A DNA stretch of 32,000 nt, taken from the NCBI GenBank assembly GCA_000830275.1, contig CP010424.1, positions 720,001-752,000 of the forward strand, read 5' to 3'. The position numbers and the translations under genes were made by a program. This document shows positions 22,809 through 30,913 of the stretch, in pieces. How positions within the stretch are numbered: position 1 is the first letter of the stretch; each line of letters begins with the position of its first letter. The notes under the pieces are model-generated. The model was not told the DNA's origin. It made no database searches and saw nothing but the letters and a program-made list of their open reading frames with translations. The DNA comes from an archaeon GW2011_AR10. GTDB taxonomy: Archaea; Iainarchaeota; Iainarchaeia; Iainarchaeales; GW2011-AR10.

Positions 22809-23924
22809 ATGGATGAAACAACAAGGAAAATTTTGCTTGCAGTAGTGGTTGTTGCAGTTATTGGAGCAATTGTTTTTCTGGAAAACCCTTTTCAGCAGAA
22901 TGAAACTGTGCTGCCTGAAGTGGAAGATGGCTCAGAAAATGCAGCGGAAGAAAGCAGCTACCCTGTCGCACCGGAAATAATCGGAATCCACAGCTGGATT
23001 AATTCCCAAGAACTTAAGCTTGCTGACTTGCGTGGAAAAGTTGTGTTGGTTGATTTCTGGACTTACTCCTGCGTTAACTGCCTTAGGACATTGCCGCACC
23101 TCAGGGAATGGAATGAAAAGTACTCTGGCCTAGGTTTTGTGTTAATCGGGGTGCACAGCCCTGAATTCAATTTTGAGAAGGAGCTGGCAAATGTACAGCA
23201 GGCAGTGAATGATAACGGCATAGAGTACGCTGTTGCATTGGATAATGACATGAAAACATGGCGCAATTACAAGAATAGGTTCTGGCCCGCAAAGTATTTG
23301 ATTGATGCAAACGGAAGAATTCGTTACACTCATTTCGGAGAGGGTGCCTACGCTGAAACAGAAAAGCAGATTCAGCTGCTGCTTGAGGAAGCTCGCGCCG
23401 AGGAAATTGACATTGAAATTGTGGAAGAGGAAGAAAGTGGCGGTGGAGCAGGAATTTTCAGGACACCGGAGCTTTACGCAGGATATGCCTTCGGCTCTTA
23501 CCTTGGAAACAGTGAAGGATACGCGCAGGATGCCGCAAAGAGTTTCACTGCACCTGCGGAACTTGCAGACGGAAAAATTTACCTTAACGGCGAATGGTTC
23601 AATTCATCAGAGCATGTGAGGCATGCAAGGAAAACACAAAACCTTGAGGACTTCATTGCAATAAAGTATCTTGCATCAGAAGTTAATGCAGTGCTGCAGG
23701 CAGGCCCTGAACCCTACAAGGTTTATGTAATGCTTGACGGAAAAGACCTGAAGGAAAGGTATGCTGGAAGCGACATAATGTGGGATGATGATGGAAATGC
23801 ATTTGTTGTGGTTGACAAGGACAGGCTCTATAACATAATCGACGGGCCTCTTGGAATCAGGGAGTTAAGGCTGAGCTCTGACTCTGATGAGTTCACTTTG
23901 TACACTTTCACTTTCGGCGGCTGA
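22809..23924 (+). CDS. Membrane-anchored thioredoxin-fold protein (redoxin, DipZ C-terminal-like) with an extra C-terminal beta-rich domain
   Basis: The ATG at 22809 gives the signal anchor ILLAVVVVAVIGAIVFL. DFWTYSCVNCLRTLPHL contains the CxxC active site. GVHSPEFNFEK...FWPAKYLIDANGRIRYTHFGEGAYAETE follows the DipZ C-terminal/redoxin pattern. Confidence 0.8.
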   Translation: MDETTRKILLAVVVVAVIGAIVFLENPFQQNETVLPEVEDGSENAAEESSYPVAPEIIGIHSWINSQELKLADLRGKVVLVDFWTYSCVNCLRTLPHLREWNEKYSGLGFVLIGVHSPEFNFEKELANVQQAVNDNGIEYAVALDNDMKTWRNYKNRFWPAKYLIDANGRIRYTHFGEGAYAETEKQIQLLLEEARAEEIDIEIVEEEESGGGAGIFRTPELYAGYAFGSYLGNSEGYAQDAAKSFTAPAELADGKIYLNGEWFNSSEHVRHARKTQNLEDFIAIKYLASEVNAVLQAGPEPYKVYVMLDGKDLKERYAGSDIMWDDDGNAFVVVDKDRLYNIIDGPLGIRELRLSSDSDEFTLYTFTFGG

Positions 23925-23943
23925 ATAGCCTCAGCGCAGCATA

Positions 23944-23965
23944 GTTAGACGTTTGTCTAATTTTT
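23944..23965 (+). terminator. Hairpin plus T6 after the thioredoxin-like gene
   Basis: TTAGAC-gttt-GTCTAA followed by TTTTTT, 20 nt after the stop codon. Confidence 0.45.
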
Positions 23966-24140
23966 TCTTCTTCAATTATGTTTTTACGCTTTTTGGGTTT
24001 TAGTAATTGCGAATCGTAAAAGAGAACCGTAAGGGCTCACAGTAACACTGCACAGTAACCTGCAGAAGAATTGAATAAATTGGCGGGGGTTAGGTTAAGT
24101 GCTTTTTTGTGAAAGGAGGCAGTGGTGTTATTGGGCGGGC

Positions 24141-24172
24141 TAATTGTGTTCGGCAACACAATTATTTTTTTT
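24141..24172 (+). terminator. Perfect 10-bp hairpin plus T8 with no annotated gene upstream ('orphan' terminator-like element)
   Basis: TAATTGTGTT-cggc-AACACAATTA followed by TTTTTTTT. It lies about 90 nt upstream of lipA and about 215 nt downstream of the previous gene's stop. Confidence 0.5.
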
Positions 24173-24264
24173 GGGTGGGCAATGCCGCAAAAATTTCTTG
24201 TTCCGGATTCTTGGCTGCAACACTATCATTAAAAACAACTTTTTCCTAATAATATGGATTTCTC

Positions 24265-25161
24265 ATGCTTCAAAAACCGCTGTGGTTTAAGATAAGGCCG
24301 CCACATGGAAAAGAAATAGAAAAATATGCAGGAGTGAGGGAGCAGCTTGAAAGCTTGAACCTTCACACTGTCTGCGAGGAAGCAAAGTGCCCGAACATCA
24401 ATGAATGCTGGGGCACTGGCACTGCAACATTCATGGTTTTAGGAAACACCTGCACGCGGGGCTGCAGGTTCTGCGCGGTTAAGACAGCTGCAAAGGGCCT
24501 TAACGTTGACCCGTTCGAGCCGGTGAAACTTGCAAGGGCAATTGCCGCATTTAGCCTCAGCTATGTTGTTATAACCTCAGTCGACAGGGATGACTTGCAG
24601 GACCAGGGAGCAGGACACTTCGTGAAATGCGTTAGGGAAGTGAAAAGACAGCACCCGCAGCTCATTGTTGAACTGCTTATCCCTGATTTCAGGGGCAGCA
24701 CTGAATGCATTGACACAGTGCTTGGAGGAATGGCAGAAGTTGTGGGGCACAACATTGAAACAGTTGAAAGGCTGCAGGGAACTGTGCGCGACAGGCGCGC
24801 TGGCTATGATCAAAGCCTTGGAGTTCTAGAATACATTAAGCAGAGTTCGCCTGAAACTTTCACCAAGTCATCAATCATGCTTGGATTGGGCGAAAAAGAG
24901 GAGGAAGTGCTTGAAGCAATGGATGATTTAAGGGGGGTTGGCGTTGACTTTTTTACTTTAGGCCAGTACCTGAGGCCAAGCAAGAAGCACATAGAAGTAA
25001 AGGAATTTGTCAGGCCGGAAAAGTTTGAGTGGTTCGCAAAGGAAGGAGAGAAAAAGGGTTTCAAGTATGTTGCTGCTGGGCCGATGGTGAGGAGCAGTTA
25101 CCGCGCTGGAGAGTTTTTCGTTGAAAGCATTGTAAGGAAGCGGGGCACTGAAAATGCCTGA
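24265..25161 (+). CDS. lipA: Lipoyl synthase
   Basis: Both cluster motifs are present: CEEAKCPNINEC (auxiliary cluster Cx4Cx5C) and CTRGCRFC (radical-SAM Cx3Cx2C). The length and remaining sequence are typical of LipA. Confidence 0.95.
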   Translation: MLQKPLWFKIRPPHGKEIEKYAGVREQLESLNLHTVCEEAKCPNINECWGTGTATFMVLGNTCTRGCRFCAVKTAAKGLNVDPFEPVKLARAIAAFSLSYVVITSVDRDDLQDQGAGHFVKCVREVKRQHPQLIVELLIPDFRGSTECIDTVLGGMAEVVGHNIETVERLQGTVRDRRAGYDQSLGVLEYIKQSSPETFTKSSIMLGLGEKEEEVLEAMDDLRGVGVDFFTLGQYLRPSKKHIEVKEFVRPEKFEWFAKEGEKKGFKYVAAGPMVRSSYRAGEFFVESIVRKRGTENA

Positions 25162-26248
25162 AAAAACTATTGCAGAGTTTTCTGTAAAATACGTTCAGGT
25201 CATGGATGAGAAAGGCATAGCTGATGCAAAGCTAATGCCAAGGCTTTCAGACAAACAAATAATTGAAATGTACCGCCTCATGGTTTTAGCCAAGGCATTT
25301 GATGACAAGGCATTAAAGCTTCAGAGGCAGGGAAAGATTGGCACTTACGCTAGTCACCGAGGCCAGGAAGCCTGCCAGATTGGGGGCGTTTATGCTTTGG
25401 GAAAAAATGACTGGCTTTTCCCGGCGTTCCGGGAAAACGCTGCATTCATTGCTTTGGGTTTTCCAATGCACTTGCTTTATGCTTACTGGGGCGGTGATGA
25501 GCGTGGAGCAAAAATCCCGAAAGAGTTCAATGCTTTGCCTACAAGCATTCCGGTTGGAACCCAGCTATTGCATGCTGTTGGAACAGCGTGGGCAATGAAG
25601 CTGAAGAAAAAGAAAAGTGCAACCATCGTGTTTTTTGGTGACGGCGCGACAAGCGAAGGAGACTTCCATGAGGCAATGAATTTTGCAGGGGTTTTTAAAA
25701 CACCAACTGTTTTTCTCTGCCAAAACAACCAGTACGCTATTTCAGTGCCGAGGTCACAGCAGACCGCGGCTGAAACAATTGCACAGAAAGCAATTGCTTA
25801 CGGCTTTGAGGGAATTCAAGTGGATGGAAACGACGTGTTTTCTGTGTACCGCGCGGCAAGCGAGGCGCTTAAAAAGGCTTCAATGGGAAATGGTCCAACA
25901 CTGATTGAGTGTTTTACTTACAGGCTTTCCGATCATACAACTGCTGATGATGCAAAACGCTACAGAACTGAAAAAGAGGTTTTGGAGTGGAAGAAAAAGG
26001 ACCCAATTGAAAGGTTGAGAAAGCATTTGGAGGGAAAAAAAATTTGGAGCAGCAGGAAAGAGAAGGAGCTCATTGACTGGGCCAATGAGAAAGTGGAGAA
26101 AGCAGTGAAGGAATTTGAGGCAATGCCTGCTCCGGTGCCAGATGACATGTTCCAGTACTTGTTTGCAGCAATGCCGAGAAGGCTCAGGGAGCAGAGGGAC
26201 TACTTGGAGAAATATGTAAACGAGTTGAGGCGGGAGAAAAATGGCTGA
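25154..26248 (+). CDS. 2-oxoacid (pyruvate/branched-chain) dehydrogenase E1 component, alpha subunit (TPP-binding)
   Basis: The TPP motif is GDGATSEGDFHEAMNFA...NNQYAIS, and YRLSDHTTADD is typical of heterotetrameric E1alpha. Its start overlaps the lipA stop by 8 nt. Confidence 0.92.
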   Translation: MPEKTIAEFSVKYVQVMDEKGIADAKLMPRLSDKQIIEMYRLMVLAKAFDDKALKLQRQGKIGTYASHRGQEACQIGGVYALGKNDWLFPAFRENAAFIALGFPMHLLYAYWGGDERGAKIPKEFNALPTSIPVGTQLLHAVGTAWAMKLKKKKSATIVFFGDGATSEGDFHEAMNFAGVFKTPTVFLCQNNQYAISVPRSQQTAAETIAQKAIAYGFEGIQVDGNDVFSVYRAASEALKKASMGNGPTLIECFTYRLSDHTTADDAKRYRTEKEVLEWKKKDPIERLRKHLEGKKIWSSRKEKELIDWANEKVEKAVKEFEAMPAPVPDDMFQYLFAAMPRRLREQRDYLEKYVNELRREKNG

Positions 26249-27221
26249 ACTGAACATTGTTGAGGCAGTGAATTCAGCTTTTTTCAGCGAAATGAAGAGG
26301 GACGAAGACGTAATTTTGGTAGGAGAGGATGTCGGAAAAGATGGCGGGGTGTTTAGGGCAACGCAGGGCTTGCTTAAAAAGTTCGGCCCCAAAAGGGTTA
26401 TTGACACTCCTTTGAGCGAATCAGGAATTGTTGGAACTGCTTTTGGAATGGCATTGTATGGGTTGAAGCCTGTTGCTGAAATCCAGTTCTCCGGCTTTAT
26501 TTACCCTGCTTTTGACCAGATAATTTCGCATATTGCAAGGATTCGCAATAGGAGCAGGGGCAGGTTTCACGCGCAGATGGTCATTAGGGCGCCTTACTCT
26601 GGCGGAATTCATGCGCCGGAACACCACTCTGAGAGCATGGAAGCAATCTATGTTCACACTCCTGGAGTAAAAGTGATTATTCCGTCCACGCCTTATGACG
26701 CTAAGGGCCTGCTTATCTCTGCAATAAGGGATCCTGACCCAGTTATTTTTTTGGAGCCTAAAAAAATTTACCGTGCGTTCAAACAGGAGGTTCCAGAGAA
26801 CGCGTACGAGATTCCGCTGGAGAAAGCAAGGGTTGCAAGGGAAGGAGATGACGTAACTGTTGTAAGTTGGGGCTCAATGATGGTGCCGTGCCTTGAGGCA
26901 GCACAGCAACTGGAAGGAAAAGGGAAAAGCGTTGAAGTAATTGATTTAAGGAGTTTGTCTCCATTGGATGAGGAAACGCTTGTTGGAAGCGTCGAGAAAA
27001 CCGGGAGGCTTGTTGTAGTGCAGGAAGCACCGCGCACTCTTGGCTTGGCTTCTGAAATAATCGCGATTGTAAATGATCATGCAATGCTTTCACTGGAGGC
27101 GCCAGTTGAAAGGGTCACAGGCTTTGATGTTGTGTTCCCTCTGTACAGGCTTGAAGGTTTTTATTTGCCGAACGCAAGGAGGATTGTAACTGCAATTGAA
27201 AAAGTTTTAAGTTACAGGTGA
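26241..27221 (+). CDS. 2-oxoacid dehydrogenase E1 component, beta subunit
   Basis: VILVGEDVGKDGGVFRAT.GL...FG..RVIDTPLSESGIVG and the C-terminal transketolase-like domain follow the E1beta pattern. It overlaps E1alpha by 8 nt. Confidence 0.92.
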   Translation: MAELNIVEAVNSAFFSEMKRDEDVILVGEDVGKDGGVFRATQGLLKKFGPKRVIDTPLSESGIVGTAFGMALYGLKPVAEIQFSGFIYPAFDQIISHIARIRNRSRGRFHAQMVIRAPYSGGIHAPEHHSESMEAIYVHTPGVKVIIPSTPYDAKGLLISAIRDPDPVIFLEPKKIYRAFKQEVPENAYEIPLEKARVAREGDDVTVVSWGSMMVPCLEAAQQLEGKGKSVEVIDLRSLSPLDEETLVGSVEKTGRLVVVQEAPRTLGLASEIIAIVNDHAMLSLEAPVERVTGFDVVFPLYRLEGFYLPNARRIVTAIEKVLSYR

Positions 27222-27376
27222 ATATATGGAGAATTTAAATATTAATAAGGGATTGAGCAAAGCGAAATCCCTTGATGTATTGCGGTGCAAAACTTTGGCG
27301 AAAGAAACAATGGAAAAATATTTCAACTGTCAAGGTTTTGGCCAACTGACGCATCAATTGATTTGAAGGTGTTGGA

Positions 27377-28684
27377 ATGGTTTTTGAGTTCAGGTTTCCG
27401 GATGTTGGAGAGGGCATTACTGAGGGAGAAATTGTTGAATGGAAAGTTAAGGTTGGGGAAGAGGTAAAGCAGGACCAGGTGCTTGTGCTGGTGGAAACAG
27501 ACAAAGCGGTTGTTGAGATACCGAGTCCTAGGGAGGGAACCGTTGCTGTAATCTACAAAAGAGAGGGCGAAACAATCAAGGTTGGGGAAAAGCTTGTTTC
27601 AATCGCTGAAAAAGGAGAGAAAGTTTTTGTGAAAAAAACTGAAGCAGGGGCTGCAGCCAAAAAAAAGAATGGAAGAAAAGATGCAGGCGGGGTTGTTGGG
27701 GAGATAAAGGAGGGAACGCGGGTTTTGCCGCCTAGCACTGAAGCCAATAAGCTTAGGAGAGAGGAGAACGGGAAGAAGGTTCTTGCAATGCTTAAGGTAA
27801 GGAGTCTTGCAAAAGAGCTTGGAGTCGATTTGGAAAAAATTCAGGGGTCTGGGCCTGAAGGCGCAATAACGGAGGAGGACATTAGGCTGCAGTCAGAGCA
27901 CAAAACCGAGAAGGCCCCAGTTGAAAAATCCCCTAAAATTTCTTTTGACAGTCAGGGCAGAGTTCTTGTAATCCCTTTAAGCGCAACAAGGAAAAAGATT
28001 GCTGAAAAAATGCATGAATCTGTTACTTCTATTCCGCACGCGGTTGAAATGGTTGAGGCGGATGTTACGGAGCTAGCAAAAATCAGGGAGGAAAAAAAAG
28101 CTGTTGCCGAAAACAAGGGTTTCAAGCTGACGTTTTTACCGTTCATTGTTAGGGCGGTTGTCGTTGCATTAAAGAAGAACCCTTACCTTAACTCTTACTT
28201 TGACTCTGAGAACGAACAGATAATTGCAAAGCAGTACTATAATATTGGAATTGCTGTTGACACCGCATATGGGCTGATGGTGCCAGTAATAAAAAGCGCG
28301 GACTCGAAGAGCATTATGGAGATTGCTTCCGACATTTCAAAGCTGGCGGAGCAGGCCAGGACAAGAACCATTAAGCTTGAGGACCTTAAAGGCGGAACTT
28401 TCACGATAACAAATTATGGGAGCATTGGTGGAACCTTTGGCGTTGCCATAATTAATCCAGGAGAAGCTGCAATACTTGGCGTTGGCAGGGTAAGCGACAA
28501 GCCTGTTGCGGCAAAGCAAGCAGGCATGTTCCGTGATGCAAACCAAGTAGTGGTTAGGAAAATGATGCCGTTGTCGCTTTCATTTGACCACCGAATAGTG
28601 GATGGAGCCCAGACAGCGAATTTCATGGTGGACTTGGTAAAGCACTTGGAGGACCCTAACCTGTTGCTTGTTGACCTTGACTAA
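27377..28684 (+). CDS. Dihydrolipoamide acyltransferase (E2) with one lipoyl domain
   Basis: The lipoyl-lysine motif is VETDKAVVEIPSP. The peripheral subunit-binding domain is VRSLAKELGVDLEKIQGSGPEGAITEEDI. The catalytic motif is SFDHRIVDGA. Confidence 0.95.
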   Translation: MVFEFRFPDVGEGITEGEIVEWKVKVGEEVKQDQVLVLVETDKAVVEIPSPREGTVAVIYKREGETIKVGEKLVSIAEKGEKVFVKKTEAGAAAKKKNGRKDAGGVVGEIKEGTRVLPPSTEANKLRREENGKKVLAMLKVRSLAKELGVDLEKIQGSGPEGAITEEDIRLQSEHKTEKAPVEKSPKISFDSQGRVLVIPLSATRKKIAEKMHESVTSIPHAVEMVEADVTELAKIREEKKAVAENKGFKLTFLPFIVRAVVVALKKNPYLNSYFDSENEQIIAKQYYNIGIAVDTAYGLMVPVIKSADSKSIMEIASDISKLAEQARTRTIKLEDLKGGTFTITNYGSIGGTFGVAIINPGEAAILGVGRVSDKPVAAKQAGMFRDANQVVVRKMMPLSLSFDHRIVDGAQTANFMVDLVKHLEDPNLLLVDLD

Positions 28685-28712
28685 TTTTTTAATCGTTTGC
28701 CCAGCTAATTTA

Positions 28713-29723
28713 ATGGGAGCAAAAATGTTGATTGGCTTGACAGGCAGGAATGCTGCAGGGAAAGGAACTGTGGCAGAATACCTTAAGGAAAGGAGCTTTT
28801 ACTACGCATCGCTTTCCGATGCAATAAGGGATGAAGCGAAAATGTGTGGTAGGGAACTGACAAGGGAAAACCTGATAAGCATTGGCAACGAGCTGAGGCA
28901 AAAATTAGGAGCAGGGGTTTTGGCTGAGCGCATTCTGGGAAAGCTGGAGCAAGACAAAAACTATGTAATTGACTCAATCAGGAACCCGGAGGAAGCACTG
29001 GCACTGAAAAAGCGAGGGAACTTTTTTCTTGTGTGTGTTGAGGCTTCCGCGAAGAAAAGATTCGAGCGCATTAAGAAGAGGGGCCGAGAGAAGGACCCAA
29101 AAACAGTTGGTGAGTTCAGTAAGCTCGAAAAAATGGAGGCTAAGAGCAGCGATCCTGCCTCGCAGCAGCTTGAGGCAACAATTGCTTTGGCTGACAAGAG
29201 GGTTGTGAATGATGGAACGATTGAGCAGTTGCATAGAAGGGTTGAGTCAATGCTGAGAGAGTTGCCGCAGAACTTTGAGAGGCCGGGATGGGATGAGTAC
29301 TTCATTAATGTTGCAAAAACAATTGCAACTAGGAGCAACTGCGTGAAAAGAAAAGTAGCTGCATTGATAGTGAAGGACAAGAGGATTATTTCAACCGGAT
29401 ACAATGGAACACCGCGCGGTGTAGCCAACTGCAATGAAGGCGGCTGCCCGCGCTGCAACAGCTTTGCAAAAAGCGGCACCGCGCTTGAGGAATGCATTTG
29501 CTCTCACGCGGAGGAAAATGCCATAGTGCAGGCAGCATATCATGGCGTTAATCTCAAAGGAGGAATACTCTATTGCACTTTCTCTCCTTGCCTTAACTGC
29601 TCAAAAATGATAATCAATGCAGGAATTGAAAGAGTTGTTTTTAATGCGGATTATCCTTTAAGCGATACTGCAAAAAGAATCCTGAAAGAAGCAGGGATAG
29701 AACTGGAAAAGCACAAAATGTAG
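28713..29723 (+). CDS. Fusion protein: N-terminal P-loop nucleotide kinase-like domain plus C-terminal dCMP (deoxycytidylate) deaminase domain
   Basis: The Walker A motif is GLTGRNAAGKGT and a DSIRNPEE block follows in the first roughly 190 aa. After that come WDEYF..VA...A.RSNC, CSHAEENAI (HAE zinc/catalytic motif) and PCLNCSKMIINAGI (PCxxC), as in ComEB-type dCMP deaminases. The start is ATG 28713 or 28725. Confidence 0.85.
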   Translation: MGAKMLIGLTGRNAAGKGTVAEYLKERSFYYASLSDAIRDEAKMCGRELTRENLISIGNELRQKLGAGVLAERILGKLEQDKNYVIDSIRNPEEALALKKRGNFFLVCVEASAKKRFERIKKRGREKDPKTVGEFSKLEKMEAKSSDPASQQLEATIALADKRVVNDGTIEQLHRRVESMLRELPQNFERPGWDEYFINVAKTIATRSNCVKRKVAALIVKDKRIISTGYNGTPRGVANCNEGGCPRCNSFAKSGTALEECICSHAEENAIVQAAYHGVNLKGGILYCTFSPCLNCSKMIINAGIERVVFNADYPLSDTAKRILKEAGIELEKHKM

Positions 29724-29791
29724 ATTGCCGGAAGTTCAGCCCCAGTTTGCACCAATATATTTATATATAGCACCCGTGAATTATATTTCAT

Positions 29792-30118
29792 ATGAAGACA
29801 TTGCAATACCATAAGTGTTTTGAGACTCTTGCAAACGAGCTCAGGCTGCAGATTATTGATAACTTGGCCAAAAAACCAATGTCGGTTGAGGAACTCTCAA
29901 AAAAACTTAACGCTGAACGAAGCAGGGTTTCGCATTCGCTCCAAGTGCTTAAGACATGCAGTTACGTTGAAACGGAAAAGCAGGGCAAGCAGAGAATTTA
30001 CTCTCTAAAGAAAGATGTTCTTGAGGGAATGAAGAGAGAAAACCCTTCAAACCTGTTTGGTTTTGTTGACCAGCATTTTGAATCATACTGCAATTGCGAG
30101 TGCAGGAAAACACTTTAA
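29792..30118 (+). CDS. ArsR/SmtB-family winged-helix regulator
   Basis: FETLANELRLQIIDNLAKKPMSVEELSKKLNAERSRVSHSLQVLKTCSYV matches the ArsR HTH pattern. A C-terminal CNCEC is present. A TATA-like box (atatatttatatatag) lies about 25 nt upstream. The gene sits directly upstream of sufCB. Confidence 0.8.
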   Translation: MKTLQYHKCFETLANELRLQIIDNLAKKPMSVEELSKKLNAERSRVSHSLQVLKTCSYVETEKQGKQRIYSLKKDVLEGMKRENPSNLFGFVDQHFESYCNCECRKTL

Positions 30119-30130
30119 GGGGGCTTTAAG

Positions 30131-30913
30131 TTGAGCGAAAGCGTTCTAGAGATAAAAAACCTACACGCAGGAATTGAAGGAAAGGAAATAATCAATGGGT
30201 TAAGCCTTTCGATTCACAGGGGAGAGGTGCATGCGGTGATGGGGCCTAATGGTGCGGGAAAAAGCACTCTCTCAAATGTTCTGATGGGCCACCCAAAGTA
30301 TGAGGTTTTCAAGGGAAAGGTAATGTTTTTAGGAAAAAACCTGCTTGAATTGGAGCCTGATGAGAGGGCAAAAGCAGGGCTGTTTCTTTCATTCCAGTAC
30401 CCTTTTGAAGTGCAGGGCCTTGCCTTCACAAAGTTCTTGCACGCTGCTTTCAAGGCAACCCATCCAAAAGAGAGCATTTCAATTCTGCAGTTCAGGAAAG
30501 AGCTGCTGAAAAAGCTTGAAGAACTGCGCATGAAGGAAGAGTTTGCAAACAGGGAACTTAACGTTGGTTTTTCCGGTGGCGAGAAAAAAAGGGCAGAAAT
30601 ACTGCAGCTCATGATGCTTAAGCCCAAGCTTGCAATACTTGATGAAACAGATTCAGGCCTTGACATTGATTCCTTAAAGCTTGTTTCTGAAGCAATAAAC
30701 AAATTGCGCGGAAACGAGTTCAGCGCCATGGTCATAACTCACTACAACCGAATCCTAAAATATTTGAAGCCTGATTTCGTTCACGTGCTGGTTGAAGGAA
30801 AAATAGTTGCTTCAGGAAAACAGGAGCTCGCAGACAGGCTTGATGAAAAAGGCTACAGGGAGCTTTTGAAGGAACTTGGAGTTGAGGAAAAAGTTGTGGT
30901 GGTGGAAGGCTGA
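30131..30913 (+). CDS. sufC: Fe-S cluster assembly ATPase SufC
   Basis: The TTG start has AAGGGGG upstream. Walker A is GPNGAGKST, the ABC signature is FSGGEKKR and Walker B is [12 protein letters not shown]. The HPKYEV context is SufC-typical. Confidence 0.95.
   Translation: MSESVLEIKNLHAGIEGKEIINGLSLSIHRGEVHAVMGPNGAGKSTLSNVLMGHPKYEVFKGKVMFLGKNLLELEPDERAKAGLFLSFQYPFEVQGLAFTKFLHAAFKATHPKESISILQFRKELLKKLEELRMKEEFANRELNVGFSGGEKKRAEILQLMMLKPKLAILDETDSGLDIDSLKLVSEAINKLRGNEFSAMVITHYNRILKYLKPDFVHVLVEGKIVASGKQELADRLDEKGYRELLKELGVEEKVVVVEG

Noticed and set aside
24125-24232. GTG-initiated 36-codon hydrophobic ORF with an AAAGGAGG box upstream of lipA.
   Set aside because: The strong hairpin plus T8 terminator-like element lies inside it, and its C-terminal half is not hydrophobic or conserved-looking. 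I kept it only as an alternative in the small-RNA finding.
27226-27366. 46-aa ATG ORF (MENLNINKGLSKAKSLDVLRCKTLAKETMEKYFNCQGFGQLTHQLI) in the E1beta-E2 spacer, plus track ORFs 27285-27467 (+) and 27235-27504 (-).
   Set aside because: There is no ribosome-binding or family signal. The track ORFs overlap the well-supported E2 start. The spacer is better explained as an internal promoter and hairpin. The ORF cannot be excluded, but nothing supports it.
24561-29497. Numerous 60-178-aa ORFs antisense to or out of frame with lipA, E1alpha, E1beta, E2 and the deaminase fusion, e.g. 25880-26407 (-) and 28961-29497 (-).
   Set aside because: They lie entirely within genes that have unambiguous catalytic motifs in the annotated frames, and their translations are Ser/Leu/Phe-rich antisense products.
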